64,000 nucleotides of DNA from Clostridiales bacterium (lineage in GTDB: Bacteria; Bacillota; Clostridia; Monoglobales; WRBX01). Positions 41,132 to 51,658 of the stretch are shown piece after piece. The position numbers and the translations under genes were made by a program. Numbering within the stretch: the stretch's first letter is position 1; every line of letters begins with the position of its first letter. The stretch covers positions 786-64,785 of the forward strand of contig JAISIR010000007.1 in NCBI GenBank assembly GCA_031261985.1, in the 5' to 3' direction. Under the pieces are notes generated by a model. That model was not told the DNA's origin. It did not search any database and saw only the letters and a program-made list of their open reading frames with translations.

Positions 41132-41959
41132 CTAGCCCACCTTGATAAGTGATTTAATTTGGTACAAAGCTATACCTGTGGCGACGGCGACGTTTAGGCT
41201 TTCGGCGTTGCCATAGATAGGGATAATTACCTTATGATTGGCTATGTTTAGTAGTGAATCGTGGATTCCGTTTGCCTCGTTGCCAACAATTAGTGCAGGG
41301 GTAGCGTTTTTGGCAAGGGTAAGAGAGAAGATATCGGTTGAGTTATAAAGCGAGGTAGCGATATAGGTAAATTTATTGTTATTTTGCACGAACTCGTCTA
41401 AATTGCAACGAATTATAGGCACATTAAACAGGCTGCCCATGGTGCTGCGGACGGTTTTAGGGTTATAGATATCGGCAGAGTTATTAGATAGGATGATTGC
41501 ATCTACACCTGCGCTATCGGCTGTGCGAATGATGGTGCCTAAGTTGCCTGGGTCGGCGACATCGTCACAAAGTAGGATAAATTGGGCGTTTGTGAGCGTG
41601 GCGGTGGCGACGGGAGAATGATTTGGGATATCGAGCGGGGGGCAAATGGTGATGATGCCCTGAGGGGAATCGGTACTAGCGCATTTATTGAATAAGGAAT
41701 CGGGCATAGTATAGATATGAGTGGCGGGGTTAAGGTTGGGCAGCAAAGGGGCGATAGTGTGTTGGAAAGTTTGGGAAGTATAGAAGGAATTAGACATTAG
41801 AATATGGGTGGAGGTGTGTTTAGTTATACTTTCGAGGCATAGTTTTAAACCCTCGCATATAAAAAGATTATCTTTTTTACGACCGTGAGGGGTTTTAAGT
41901 TTAGTTATTTGCTTAATGAGTGGGTTAGTGGCTGAGGTAATGGATGTTATGTTGGTCAT
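41132..41959 (-). CDS. TrmH/SpoU-family RNA methyltransferase
   Basis: DPGNLGTIIRTAD, GNEANG, AESLNVAVA. Confidence 0.92.
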   Translation of the reverse strand: MTNITSITSATNPLIKQITKLKTPHGRKKDNLFICEGLKLCLESITKHTSTHILMSNSFYTSQTFQHTIAPLLPNLNPATHIYTMPDSLFNKCASTDSPQGIITICPPLDIPNHSPVATATLTNAQFILLCDDVADPGNLGTIIRTADSAGVDAIILSNNSADIYNPKTVRSTMGSLFNVPIIRCNLDEFVQNNNKFTYIATSLYNSTDIFSLTLAKNATPALIVGNEANGIHDSLLNIANHKVIIPIYGNAESLNVAVATGIALYQIKSLIKVG

Positions 41960-41988
41960 GTAAGGTGCGCTCCTGCATTAATATAATA

Positions 41989-42020
41989 AACCGCAATGAT
42001 TATTTCGCTTCATTGCGGTT
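41989..42020 (-). terminator. Terminator hairpin after rplT
   Basis: aaccgcaatga...tcattgcggtt. Confidence 0.65.
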
Positions 42021-42037
42021 ATACATTTTTATATGAA

Positions 42038-42391
42038 TTATGCAGACTTTTTAACTTGTTCACAAAGTGTTGCAAAAGCTTTTTCGTCGTTAATTGCAAG
42101 CTCAGAAAGCATTTTGCGATTAATTTGTATATTAAGCTTTTTTAAACCGTTCATAAATTTGCTATAAGAGATTCCGTTTGCGCGAGTAGCAGCGTTAATG
42201 CGCGCTATCCATAATTGACGGAAGTTACGCTTTTTTTGTTTGCGGCCGATGTATGCGTTAACGCCAGCCTTCCAAACTGCATCAATTGCGGTGCCAAAAA
42301 GGTTCTTGCGACGTCCGCGATAACCTTTAGCTAATTTTAATATTTTTTTGCGACGTTTATGAGTAGTCATGCCGCCTTTTATACGAGCCAT
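42038..42391 (-). CDS. rplT: 50S ribosomal protein L20
   Basis: [36 protein letters not shown]. Confidence 0.98.
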   Translation of the reverse strand: MARIKGGMTTHKRRKKILKLAKGYRGRRKNLFGTAIDAVWKAGVNAYIGRKQKKRNFRQLWIARINAATRANGISYSKFMNGLKKLNIQINRKMLSELAINDEKAFATLCEQVKKSA

Positions 42392-42436
42392 ATATAAATC
42401 CTCCTAGAATATTTTATATTTAAAACAGCGGCAAAA

Positions 42437-42658
42437 TTATTTTACCGAAAGTAACCTACGAATAGATTTGCTATTTGCAAGCTTTAAGTAAGAACGTTTG
42501 CGCAACTGACGTTTACGCTTGGTAGTTTTGCCATGCCCATTTAGTAGGTGGCTAGTATGAGAATGCCTAAATTTTAACAAACCAGATTTAGTCTTTTTAA
42601 GACGCTTTTTTGCACCGGAATGAGTTTTGTGCTTAACTTTTTTAATTTTGTTTGCCAT
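42437..42658 (-). CDS. rpmI: 50S ribosomal protein L35
   Basis: KHKTHSGAKKRLKKTKSG, HLL...KRKRQLR; between infC and rplT. Confidence 0.93.
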   Translation of the reverse strand: MANKIKKVKHKTHSGAKKRLKKTKSGLLKFRHSHTSHLLNGHGKTTKRKRQLRKRSYLKLANSKSIRRLLSVK

Positions 42659-42722
42659 TATTGGTTTATCCTTTCGATTTTAAAAGTTGGTTTATAAAAT
42701 GCAACTTAAAACGCGTGTGCAT

Positions 42723-43238
42723 TTACTTTTTTACACCAGCGTTTATCATTACAGCAAGGTTGCGGCCTTCCATTTTAGGTGGCTTATCGGGCGTGCCATA
42801 TTCGGCAACAGCATCGATAAACTTGGTTAAAATTTTCATGCCTAAATCGCTATGAGTAATCTCGCGTCCTCTAAAACGGACGGTAGCTTTAACTTTATCG
42901 CCATGTTCTAAAAAGCGAATGGCGTTATTTGTTTTAAAGTTAAAATCGTGGTCACTAATATTAAGCGTAAAGCGAACCTCTTTTATAATGGTAACTTTTT
43001 GGTTCTTTTTGTTCTCTTTAAGACGTTTTTTCTCTTCAAACTTAAATTTGCTATAATCGATTATTTTACAAACCGGTGGCTTAGCTTGAGGAGCTATTAA
43101 GACTAAGTCTAGCTCGGCTTCGTTTGCCATAGCCTGCGCTTCGGTAAGTGGGATAACCCCAACTTGTTCGCCCTCTTTGCCTATAAGCCTAACCTCACGC
43201 GCACGGATTTGTTCGTTAATCAGCATGTTCTTTGCGAT
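42723..43238 (-). CDS. infC: Translation initiation factor IF-3, likely non-canonical ATC start
   Basis: INEQIRAREVRLI, PPVCKIIDY, VRFRGRE; GGGAGGTG RBS 7 nt before in-frame ATC at 43238. Confidence 0.95.
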   Translation of the reverse strand: MAKNMLINEQIRAREVRLIGKEGEQVGVIPLTEAQAMANEAELDLVLIAPQAKPPVCKIIDYSKFKFEEKKRLKENKKNQKVTIIKEVRFTLNISDHDFNFKTNNAIRFLEHGDKVKATVRFRGREITHSDLGMKILTKFIDAVAEYGTPDKPPKMEGRNLAVMINAGVKK

Positions 43239-43284
43239 GGTGTGACACCTCCCGGGTTAAAATTGTGTAGAAACAACCTGAAAA

Positions 43285-43455
43285 TATAAAAATGGTAGCT
43301 ACATAATAAGCCACCACTACCTTTGTAAGTTAATAATAATCTAAAAATATAGAAAATATAAACCCGCCCGCACAAATGTTTTTGAAAAAGGCTGCAACGC
43401 CCTTTAGTATAGCAAACATAAGGCTTGGCACAAGGTGAGAGATAACTCTACTTTA
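43285..43455 (-). promoter_or_regulatory. Putative L20 leader (autogenous attenuator) upstream of infC
   Basis: Position upstream of infC-rpmI-rplT; AAGTAGAG...TCTCACCTTG 5' segment; terminator-like ggtggct...agctacc plus T-run. Confidence 0.5.
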
Positions 43456-43632
43456 ATTACATGGTTATTGTAACACAAAGGCAAAACGCTCGTCGTTTTG
43501 CATTCACACCGTTTCAATAATTACAACGGTAAAATTGCTAACGAGCAATTTTTTCCTTTAGCGTAATTATTATAACATATTATCTTGACTTTGTCAAGTG
43601 TTTGTGATAAACTTTTTTTAGGTGATTAAAAA

Positions 43633-44253
43633 ATGTACGAATATATAGTAGGTAAATTGGTAGATACATCGCAAAATTTTGCTGTGGTAGATGTTGGCGG
43701 GGTAGGGTATAAGATGATAACAAGCCAGATGACGCTTAATAATGTTGGAATTGGTGATGAGGTCAAGTTTTATGCATATCTGCATGTGCGCGAGGATATT
43801 TTTGATATTTATGGGTTTAGTACAAAAGAAGAGCGCGCAACGTTTTTGATGCTGATATCGATATCGGGCGTGGGGCCTAAAGCTGCGTTATCAATACTAT
43901 CGGTTGTTACATCGCAAGAGTTGGCTATAGCGGTGGCGGCGGGGAACAGCAAGGTGTTTACAAAGGCATCGGGCGTGGGGCCTAAAATGGCGGGCAGGAT
44001 AGTGCTAGAGCTAAAGGATAAAGTGCAAAAGGAGCATTTAAAGGGCGCAAGTTGTGATTTAGCAGCAGGCGTTGGAGTAGGTGCGTTGCCAGGCAGAAGC
44101 AATATATTAGATGCCGAGAGCGCGCTAATGGTGCTGGGGTATAATATATCGGACGCGCAAAGTGCAATTGGTGAAGTGCTAGAGAGCGTGGAGAATGCAA
44201 GTGAGATTGATACCGAGACGATTATAAAAGAGGCGTTACGATTAATGAAGTAG
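43633..44253 (+). CDS. ruvA: Holliday junction branch migration protein RuvA
   Basis: VVDVGGVGY, HVRED..IYGF, ISGVGPKAAL, IVLELKDK. Confidence 0.96.
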   Translation: MYEYIVGKLVDTSQNFAVVDVGGVGYKMITSQMTLNNVGIGDEVKFYAYLHVREDIFDIYGFSTKEERATFLMLISISGVGPKAALSILSVVTSQELAIAVAAGNSKVFTKASGVGPKMAGRIVLELKDKVQKEHLKGASCDLAAGVGVGALPGRSNILDAESALMVLGYNISDAQSAIGEVLESVENASEIDTETIIKEALRLMK

Positions 44254-44299
44254 TGCGCTCACGGAGTTTACATAAATCACAAGTAAAAGAGGTAGGAAC

Positions 44300-45307
44300 A
44301 TGATATCTGAACAAAGCGATAGAATAATAACTAGGGATTTTTTATCGGAAGATAACGAAGTCGAGTTTAGCCTGCGGCCGAAAAGTTTGAAGGAGTATAT
44401 TGGTCAGCAGAAGGTTAAAGAGAATATGAAAGTATTTATCGAGGCGGCCAAAACGCGTGGCGAGCCGCTAGACCATACGTTGTTATATGGTCCGCCTGGG
44501 CTGGGGAAGACTACTTTGGCAGGCATTATCGCCAATGAGATGGGAGTTTCGATTAGGGTTACATCTGGGCCTGCGATAGAAAAGGCGGGGGATTTAGCGG
44601 CGATACTTACTAATTTGGCTAATAATGATATACTATTTATAGACGAGATTCATCGCTTAAGCCGAAGCGTGGAGGAAGTGCTATACCCTGCGATGGAGGA
44701 TTATGCTTTAGATATAATCATCGGAAAGGGGCCGTCGGCGCGGTCGCTACGTTTAGACTTGCCCAAGTTTACATTGATAGGTGCGACGACCAAGGCTGGG
44801 GCATTGACATCGCCATTGCGTGATAGGTTTGGAGTAATATCGCGCTTAGAGGTGTATACGCTAGAGGAGTTGACTGAGATAGTTCGCAGGAGTGCGTCTA
44901 TAATGGGTGTAGATATTTACGATGACGGGGCGGTTGAGATTGCGCGGCGGGCGAGGGGGACACCTAGGATAGCCAATCGCCTGCTTAAGCGTGTGCGGGA
45001 TTTTGCGCAGGTGATGGGCGATGGCGGGATAGACCGTGATATAGCGAATATTGCTTTGAATCGCTTAGAGATTGACGAGATGGGATTGGACAAGATAGAC
45101 AAGGATATGCTTATGGCGATTATGAAGGTGTTTAAAGGTGGTCCGGTTGGGCTAGAGACTATTGCGGCGACGATAGGTGAAGAAGTTAACACTATCGAGG
45201 ATGTGTACGAGCCTTATTTGCTTCAACAGGGGTTTTTATCGCGCACGCCACGTGGCAGAATTGCGACGGATAAGGCGTTTGAGTATTTTGGAGTGGGGAA
45301 GAAATAA
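44300..45307 (+). CDS. ruvB: Holliday junction branch migration helicase RuvB
   Basis: [42 protein letters not shown]. Confidence 0.98.
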   Translation: MISEQSDRIITRDFLSEDNEVEFSLRPKSLKEYIGQQKVKENMKVFIEAAKTRGEPLDHTLLYGPPGLGKTTLAGIIANEMGVSIRVTSGPAIEKAGDLAAILTNLANNDILFIDEIHRLSRSVEEVLYPAMEDYALDIIIGKGPSARSLRLDLPKFTLIGATTKAGALTSPLRDRFGVISRLEVYTLEELTEIVRRSASIMGVDIYDDGAVEIARRARGTPRIANRLLKRVRDFAQVMGDGGIDRDIANIALNRLEIDEMGLDKIDKDMLMAIMKVFKGGPVGLETIAATIGEEVNTIEDVYEPYLLQQGFLSRTPRGRIATDKAFEYFGVGKK

Positions 45308-45352
45308 ATGAGAGATTATAAAGATGATGCAATGTATTAATATTATAAAGAA

Positions 45353-45793
45353 GTGGGGATTGCTGTGTTTAACGAATTTATCTTTGTTTTTTGTATTCTT
45401 GTAATAACAGGCTTTGTATTATATTGCTTTTGGTATATATTTTTTGGGAAAAGCCCAAAAGACTACAATAAAAAAATTATGGTTACAATATCGGGCATAA
45501 GAAAAATCGATCGAAAGCTTTATTTTGATAGGGCAGCTCCTAAAGATTGGTTATTCAATTTTTTGATTAACCCAAAGCACTTCTTGCGGTTTTGGTTTTT
45601 ACCTACATTATATGAAATCAAAGTAAATTTTGAAAAAAATATTTCATCGTTTCTTCCTTCATATAAAAGATTAATGGTGAAACCAGATATATATCAAATG
45701 ATTATGGATAAAGGATTGACGGAACTTGAAGTTTTTGTAAATGAAAAAGGGGATAATTTACAAATTGATTTAGAATGGATTAAGAACATATAA
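45353..45793 (+). CDS. Hypothetical membrane-anchored protein (start uncertain)
   Basis: AT-rich ORF with N-terminal hydrophobic helix; no clear RBS. Confidence 0.5.
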   Translation: MGIAVFNEFIFVFCILVITGFVLYCFWYIFFGKSPKDYNKKIMVTISGIRKIDRKLYFDRAAPKDWLFNFLINPKHFLRFWFLPTLYEIKVNFEKNISSFLPSYKRLMVKPDIYQMIMDKGLTELEVFVNEKGDNLQIDLEWIKNI

Positions 45794-45849
45794 ATGTAGA
45801 AACATAAATAAGGTAAACATTTGCTGTGCTAATTTTCTACTATATAAAT

Positions 45850-45913
45850 TTAACACAAATTTAACATAAATTGCTTAAAAATGGTTGACTATTCTATATT
45901 ATTTTGGTATAAT
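45850..45913 (+). promoter_or_regulatory. TTAACA-N5-TTAACA box plus sigma-A promoter
   Basis: TTAACA-CAAAT-TTAACA 45850-45866, 18 bp, TTGACT 45885, 17 bp, TGnTATAAT 45908. Confidence 0.8.
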
Positions 45914-45924
45914 ATTAGTAGGAG

Positions 45925-46188
45925 ATGTTTACTATGAATCCAAAAAAACTAATTAGAACGCAATTTATGACTGCTATGAAGGATGCTATGAAAGGGCCTT
46001 TTGAATATCAACTTATTGCAGGAAAAGACTATGGGAATATAGGTGATACCAAGTTACTTAGTCTTTTTGAACATTATAATTATGAAAAATATAATGTTGT
46101 TACAGTAACTAAATTAATTAATGATTTGAGAAAAATTAAGAATAATGAAATTAAGAAGGTTAATAATGTTAGAAAAATGTCAAAATAA
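45925..46188 (+). CDS. Small orphan protein with basic C-terminus (start may be ATG 45934)
   Basis: AGGAG RBS, own promoter; ends LRKIKNNEIKKVNNVRKMSK. Confidence 0.6.
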   Translation: MFTMNPKKLIRTQFMTAMKDAMKGPFEYQLIAGKDYGNIGDTKLLSLFEHYNYEKYNVVTVTKLINDLRKIKNNEIKKVNNVRKMSK

Positions 46189-46287
46189 GATTAGCTAATA
46201 TGCTATGTTTTAAGCCAAAGACTATTGTATCTATAAAATATTTAAAAAAATATTGACAAATTTTGATAATTAGGGTATAATAATTAT

Positions 46288-46384
46288 AAGGATAAAAAAG
46301 AGCAAGAACCTCAAACGGCTATGCTCACAATTTTAGTTATTTAGATAACCGCAATCGTTTGCAGGCAATGGCGGTTATCTTTTT
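46288..46384 (+). ncRNA. Putative type I antitoxin RNA
   Basis: Perfect TTGACA(46253)-17bp-TATAAT(46276) promoter, no RBS-led ORF, ends in hairpin agataaccgc...gcggttatct plus T-run overlapping the 3' end of the toxin ORF. Confidence 0.65.
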
Positions 46385-46485
46385 GTATGGGGGCGATTTT
46401 TCTTCGCTAGCTTGTATAAACAAACCGTTGTTGATAAAATCGTTATTAGCAATATTATACCAAGTATAACCAAAGCAAATTCCAT
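46375..46485 (-). CDS. Putative type I toxin, 36-aa membrane peptide (absent from ORF track)
   Basis: MEFALVILGIILLITILSTTVCLYKLAKKNRPHTKR; AGGGGGTGA RBS; perfect TTGACA(46596-91)-17bp-TATAAT(46573-68) promoter. Confidence 0.75.
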   Translation of the reverse strand: MEFALVILGIILLITILSTTVCLYKLAKKNRPHTKR

Positions 46486-46615
46486 ACTATCACCCCCTCT
46501 CAGTTAAGAATGGGAGTGAGCATAACCGTCCAGCAGTTGCTGTTTTCAGTCCTTACTCTTGATAATTATTATACACTATTTTATAAAAAATGTCAATGCA
46601 AAAAATGACACGCTT

Positions 46616-47803
46616 TTACTTTTTATACTCATTTATACCTATTTTTAACAGTTTAGCAGCGGTTTTTAGTTCATCGCACGCGTTGGCGCAGAACGAGAAC
46701 CTGGCTGCATTTTTTATGTCCGCGTTTATATAGAACCCTGCGCCAGGGGCAAACGATAGAGTCTCGCCATTATGCTCGAAATCTTCTAGTAGGAACCTAA
46801 CAAAGGATTGAGTGTCGTCGACGGGAAGCGTGGCAAAAACGTAAAACGCGCTTTTAGGGAAGACGAAGTCGACACCGTCTATCTTAGAAAGCTCGGTGCA
46901 AAAGACATCGCGGCGGCGCATATACTCGCCACGGACGTTATCGGCATAGCTATCCATGGTATAAATTAGGTTTGCGCTTGCAATTTGCTCGATGGTAGAA
47001 ACAGAAAGGCGTGCCTGGCATAGCTTTAGTGCTTGTGAATAAAACTCTTTATTTTTAGTGGCTAGCACACCGATTCGTGCGCCACACGCGCTATAGTGTT
47101 TGGATATGCTATCGACTAAAACGCAGCGGTCGGTTAAGCCATCGATGTTCATAAACGATTCGTAGTAGCAATTATCGTAAACAAATTGGCGATACACCTC
47201 GTCGGTTATAATAAATAAATCATACTCAATTGCAAGTTGAGCTATGGTGTGCATCTCGTCTTTAGAAAGGATGGTGCCGAGCGGGTTGTTAGGGTTAGAG
47301 AGCAAGATAGCTTTAGTTTTATTAGTTATAGCTTTTTGCAAAGTTTTGTAAGGTGGTATTTTATAGTCGTTATTGGCATCTAGCCTTATAGGGCATGGCT
47401 TAACCGAGGCACACTTGATAAAGCTATCGTAGTTAGAGTAAAATGGCTCGAAAATGATGACTTCATCGCCTGGGTCACAAATGGTTTGAATGGCGAACAT
47501 AATCGCCTCGCTACCGCCATGAGTGATTAGGATTTCATCCTCGGTTAAATCGATTTTAGCGTTTTTATACATTTGGCAGAAGGCTTTAATTGTAGCGTGT
47601 GAGCCTGCCGAGTTCTCGTATTTAATTATTTTCTCTTTGTAATTATTGATTCCGTCAAAGAAGGCATCGGGCGTTTTAATATTGGGTTGACCGATGTGCA
47701 TTTCGTACACGTTTAGGTTTTTATTTTTGGCGTTCTCTAAAGACGGAACGATATTGCGGATAGGGGAGTAGTTCATGTTTTTTATTCGGGTAGATATATT
47801 CAT
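46616..47803 (-). CDS. PLP-dependent class I/II aminotransferase (aspartate aminotransferase-like)
   Basis: HIGQP, GGSEA, SNPNNPLG, DEVY, DSISKHYSACGARIG. Confidence 0.92.
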   Translation of the reverse strand: MNISTRIKNMNYSPIRNIVPSLENAKNKNLNVYEMHIGQPNIKTPDAFFDGINNYKEKIIKYENSAGSHATIKAFCQMYKNAKIDLTEDEILITHGGSEAIMFAIQTICDPGDEVIIFEPFYSNYDSFIKCASVKPCPIRLDANNDYKIPPYKTLQKAITNKTKAILLSNPNNPLGTILSKDEMHTIAQLAIEYDLFIITDEVYRQFVYDNCYYESFMNIDGLTDRCVLVDSISKHYSACGARIGVLATKNKEFYSQALKLCQARLSVSTIEQIASANLIYTMDSYADNVRGEYMRRRDVFCTELSKIDGVDFVFPKSAFYVFATLPVDDTQSFVRFLLEDFEHNGETLSFAPGAGFYINADIKNAARFSFCANACDELKTAAKLLKIGINEYKK

Positions 47804-47817
47804 GATTAATCACTCAT

Positions 47818-50430
47818 TTATACTATATGTTTTTTAGTCCACGAGCCGAAAATTACGATAATTTCGTTTAACACGATGGGCGAGAAGGCGATTAAAGTTA
47901 AGAATCCCCATTCTGCGCCGCTTAAGGCGACGGTGCCAAAGGCGTTAACAAGGAAGCCAACCTCGGTAACCGCGATTTGGAGCAGGTAGCCAAGTGCAAA
48001 TGCGACAATCATCATTTTATTGTTTAGGTGGTTGGTAGAGAATATGCTCCCGCGTGAGTTGCGCATGCAAATGGCATAGAATAATTGAGAGACACCTAGC
48101 ACGGTGAAGGCATAAGTTTGTGCGTGGTTTAAGACGCCTTCGGCTTGGAAAGCACGAGCGATATCTGCAAACGCCCATGAACCAGCAAGTTTAGCGGGGT
48201 AGCAAAGGTAGGCGAACAATGTAATAGCTGCGATAAATGCGCCAAAGCCTATGGTGCGGATTAAATCTGGCTTAGTAAACAGGCTTTCTTTAGGGTTGCG
48301 TGGTGGGCGTGACATAATGGCTTTTTTGTCGTTAGTATCGACACCTAGGGCAAGACCTGGAAGGCTGTCGGTAATTAAGTTAACCCATAAAATTTGGATG
48401 GCTTTAAGCGGCGCGGCAAGACCCATTAGGATAGATGCGAACATAGATATAATCTCGCCAAAGTTAGATGAAAGCAGGAAGACGATGGATTTTTTAATGT
48501 TCTCGTAGATTCCGCGACCTTCTTCGATAGCTTTTTCGATGGTTGCAAAGTTATCGTCGGTTAGTACCATATCGGCGGCAGATTTAGCTACATCTGTACC
48601 TGTTATACCCATGGCTACACCGATATCGGCAGTTTTAAGTGATGGGGCGTCGTTAACGCCATCACCTGTCATAGAAACTATGTATCCTTTAGCCTGCAAT
48701 GCTTGGACTATTTTTACTTTATGTTCGGGTGAAACGCGCGCGAAAACTCTTAGACTGTCTACTTTTTGGGCGAATTCTTCGTCGGTCATTGTATCGATTT
48801 TTGCACCCTCTAGACATTCTTCTTTAGTGGTTGCGATGCCTAGTTGTTTGGCAATTGCAAAGGCGGTGTCGATATGGTCGCCAGTTATCATAACCGTGCG
48901 CACGCCTGCATCTTTAAATAGTTTAACGGCGTCTTTTGCTTCCTCGCGAGGTGGGTCTATCATACCCACAAGCCCAATGAACTCTAGTTTCTCTTCGGCT
49001 ACGCTATCGGGGTTTAAACGTCTGGCTAAGCCTAGCACACGAAGGGCGTTATTGCTCATCTCGCTGGCGGCTGCTTCGATTTTTGTTTTATCGGCAGCGG
49101 TGATAGGTTTTATGCCATCGGCGGTTAAAATAGAGGTAGAGCGGCGCAAGATTTCGTCCATTGCACCCTTGGTAAAGCTGAAGGTACCGTTCTCGTCTTT
49201 ATGTAGCGTGGTCATCATTTTACGCTCACTATCAAAGGCAAGCTCGTCGGTTCGAGGGGCTTTAGAGTTTAAATGAGTTTTAGTGTAGCCATATTTTATA
49301 GCAAGGTCGATTAACGCAACCTCGGTAGGGTCGCCAATAGAAGTGCCATCGTCGTTGCGCTCGGCATCGGAACAAAGGGCAAACCCGCGGATAAGCTCGA
49401 AGTGTTTATCTTTATCTAAATCATTTGCAGATAGTGTTTCGCCTAGCATGTATGCTTTTTCAACCGTCATTTTATTTTGAGTTAGAGTGCCAGTTTTATC
49501 GGAACATACAACGCTAACTGCGCCTAAAGTTTCGACCGATGGAAGGCGGCGGACGATTGTGTTTACCTTAACTAGACGTTGTACACCAAGGGCTAAAACT
49601 ATTGTTACAACAGCGGGTAGACCTTCGGGGACGGCGGCAACAGCAAGGGATATAGCGGTAAGTAGCATTTCGGCAACATCGCGTTTTTGGAATATCGCCA
49701 AGACAAATAACGCGATACAAATTACAATTGCAACTGCGCCTAGAACTTTGCCTAAATCGGCTAGACGTTTTTGAAGCGGAGTTTGTTGGTCGTCGGCGTC
49801 GTTTATCATGCGCGCAATTTTACCGATTTCGGTTTGCATTCCTGTAGCTACAACCACACCTTCGCCTCTGCCATAGGTAACAGAAGTTGTCATGTATGCG
49901 CAATTTAAGCGGTCGCCCAAGGGGGCGTTATCGTCTGGTGTGTAGTGCGCATCTTTTTCGACAGGGACGCTCTCGCCAGTTAATGCGCTTTCTTCTATTT
50001 TTAAATTAATAGATTCTATAAGTTTTAAATCGGCAGGGATTTGGCGGCCGGCTTCTAAAATTATAATATCGCCAACTACTAATTGGCTGGCAGGAAGCTC
50101 GGTTACAACGCCATCGCGCCTAACTAATGCGGTGGGCGATGATAGCTTTTTGAGTGCCTCGAGGGCGGCTTGGGCTTTGCCTTCTTGTACAACACCTATA
50201 ACCGCGTTTAGGATAATAACGGCGCCAACGATTATAGCATCGGATACCTCGTGCAGAAAAAGCGAAACAGCCATGGCGACCATTAATATGTAAATCATCG
50301 GTTCGTTAAGCTGGGCAAGAAGCATTTGTAAATACGTTTTTGGCTTTTTTTGAGCTAAGACATTCTCGCCATTTTTAGCTAAAAGCTCGGCTGCTTGATT
50401 TGTGGTTAAACCTTGGTTCAACAAAGACAA
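47818..50430 (-). CDS. Cation-transporting P-type ATPase (Ca2+-type, P2A)
   Basis: [36 protein letters not shown]. Confidence 0.95.
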   Translation of the reverse strand: MSLLNQGLTTNQAAELLAKNGENVLAQKKPKTYLQMLLAQLNEPMIYILMVAMAVSLFLHEVSDAIIVGAVIILNAVIGVVQEGKAQAALEALKKLSSPTALVRRDGVVTELPASQLVVGDIIILEAGRQIPADLKLIESINLKIEESALTGESVPVEKDAHYTPDDNAPLGDRLNCAYMTTSVTYGRGEGVVVATGMQTEIGKIARMINDADDQQTPLQKRLADLGKVLGAVAIVICIALFVLAIFQKRDVAEMLLTAISLAVAAVPEGLPAVVTIVLALGVQRLVKVNTIVRRLPSVETLGAVSVVCSDKTGTLTQNKMTVEKAYMLGETLSANDLDKDKHFELIRGFALCSDAERNDDGTSIGDPTEVALIDLAIKYGYTKTHLNSKAPRTDELAFDSERKMMTTLHKDENGTFSFTKGAMDEILRRSTSILTADGIKPITAADKTKIEAAASEMSNNALRVLGLARRLNPDSVAEEKLEFIGLVGMIDPPREEAKDAVKLFKDAGVRTVMITGDHIDTAFAIAKQLGIATTKEECLEGAKIDTMTDEEFAQKVDSLRVFARVSPEHKVKIVQALQAKGYIVSMTGDGVNDAPSLKTADIGVAMGITGTDVAKSAADMVLTDDNFATIEKAIEEGRGIYENIKKSIVFLLSSNFGEIISMFASILMGLAAPLKAIQILWVNLITDSLPGLALGVDTNDKKAIMSRPPRNPKESLFTKPDLIRTIGFGAFIAAITLFAYLCYPAKLAGSWAFADIARAFQAEGVLNHAQTYAFTVLGVSQLFYAICMRNSRGSIFSTNHLNNKMMIVAFALGYLLQIAVTEVGFLVNAFGTVALSGAEWGFLTLIAFSPIVLNEIIVIFGSWTKKHIV

Positions 50431-50557
50431 CTCCCTTAGATATTTTTAAAATCAAATTAGTAAGTATCATTATATACTATATATAATTAAATTGCAAGCA
50501 TTTTTTGTCAATAAATTGTCAATAATAACAAAAAAGAATTATAGGGAGCTTATAGTA

Positions 50558-51658
50558 ATGGACAAAGTTAGTAATAGACAGATATTTTTTATGATCTTTG
50601 TGGCGATAATAGGTGGGATAAACATAGTTATTATGCCTGCTAGGCTAGCACCAATTAGCACGGGCGGGGTATGGGTGACAATGTTTATAACTGGGGCTAT
50701 TTTTATTTTACCGCTACTAGCTTTTTGCTATTTGGGCAATAAGTTCCCGTGTGAAAGTATGCAACAATACCTTCCAAAAGTTATAGGTAAAGTGGCGGCG
50801 AAAATAGTTTTGGTTGCTTATTATTTATATTTTTCGTTTGCGTTTATATATTTTTCTAAAGAATTTGTGTATATGTTAAAAATAGAGGCATTGCCTAAAA
50901 CTCCTTTTATTGTTTTACTTGCACTAATATTTATAACCGCCATTTATGCTACTAGCAAAGGCATTAAAAATGTAGGGAGGCTAATGGAGTTTTGGATAGC
51001 AATATCTATACCACTTATTATAATAGTGCATATTGTTATGTTTGAAGAAGGCGAAGTTATTAATATGATGCCACTATTTGAAAAAGAGCAAATTGGCAAT
51101 TACTTAAAGGGCGTGCGCATGGCTTTAAGCGGTTTTTTTGGTATAGAGATATTAAATTTTATACCGTTTGATAATAAAAAACGAAAATCGCGTAAGTGGT
51201 ATTTATTGTCTGCTTTGTTGGCAGGCGTGGTATTATATTTAATAGTGATTTATAGCTCGTATAGTATATTAACAATAGATGACACAGGAAATTTCTCGAA
51301 TAGTTTATTTGCTGCATTAAGGCAAATAAGGATTCCAGCATTGCAAATATTTGCCCGGATAGATATATTATCGATAATTGATTGGATGATAGTTTCGATA
51401 GGATCGATATGTTTATTGGTGTATGCAATATCTAGCAATTTTTTTGCTGCATTTAGTATTAACCCTAAAACATGGAAGGTAGTGTTATTGTGTATTCCTG
51501 TTGGAATATTAAGTGCCATTGTACCACACGATGCTTTGTTAGATGATGAAGTTACTATTTGCCTTGGGATGACGGTTAGCGCGTTTTTGCCTATTATTAT
51601 AGCTATAATTGCCTTTTTTAGGAAGGTAAAAGGGGAGGTAGAGTATATTGATGAATAG
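50558..51658 (+). CDS. Spore germination receptor subunit B (GerAB/KB family)
   Basis: VSNRQIFF, LPKTP, FFGIE, ARIDIL; about 10 TM; adjacent to GerAC- and GerAA-like genes. Confidence 0.82.
   Translation: MDKVSNRQIFFMIFVAIIGGINIVIMPARLAPISTGGVWVTMFITGAIFILPLLAFCYLGNKFPCESMQQYLPKVIGKVAAKIVLVAYYLYFSFAFIYFSKEFVYMLKIEALPKTPFIVLLALIFITAIYATSKGIKNVGRLMEFWIAISIPLIIIVHIVMFEEGEVINMMPLFEKEQIGNYLKGVRMALSGFFGIEILNFIPFDNKKRKSRKWYLLSALLAGVVLYLIVIYSSYSILTIDDTGNFSNSLFAALRQIRIPALQIFARIDILSIIDWMIVSIGSICLLVYAISSNFFAAFSINPKTWKVVLLCIPVGILSAIVPHDALLDDEVTICLGMTVSAFLPIIIAIIAFFRKVKGEVEYIDE

Noticed and set aside
48251-49774. Long antisense ORFs (48539-49276; also 54691-55326, 59075-59602, 3841-4299, 18300-18800, 28748-29212 and many shorter ones)
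   Set aside because: They lie opposite well-supported genes, lack RBSs and recognisable motifs, and read as codon shadows
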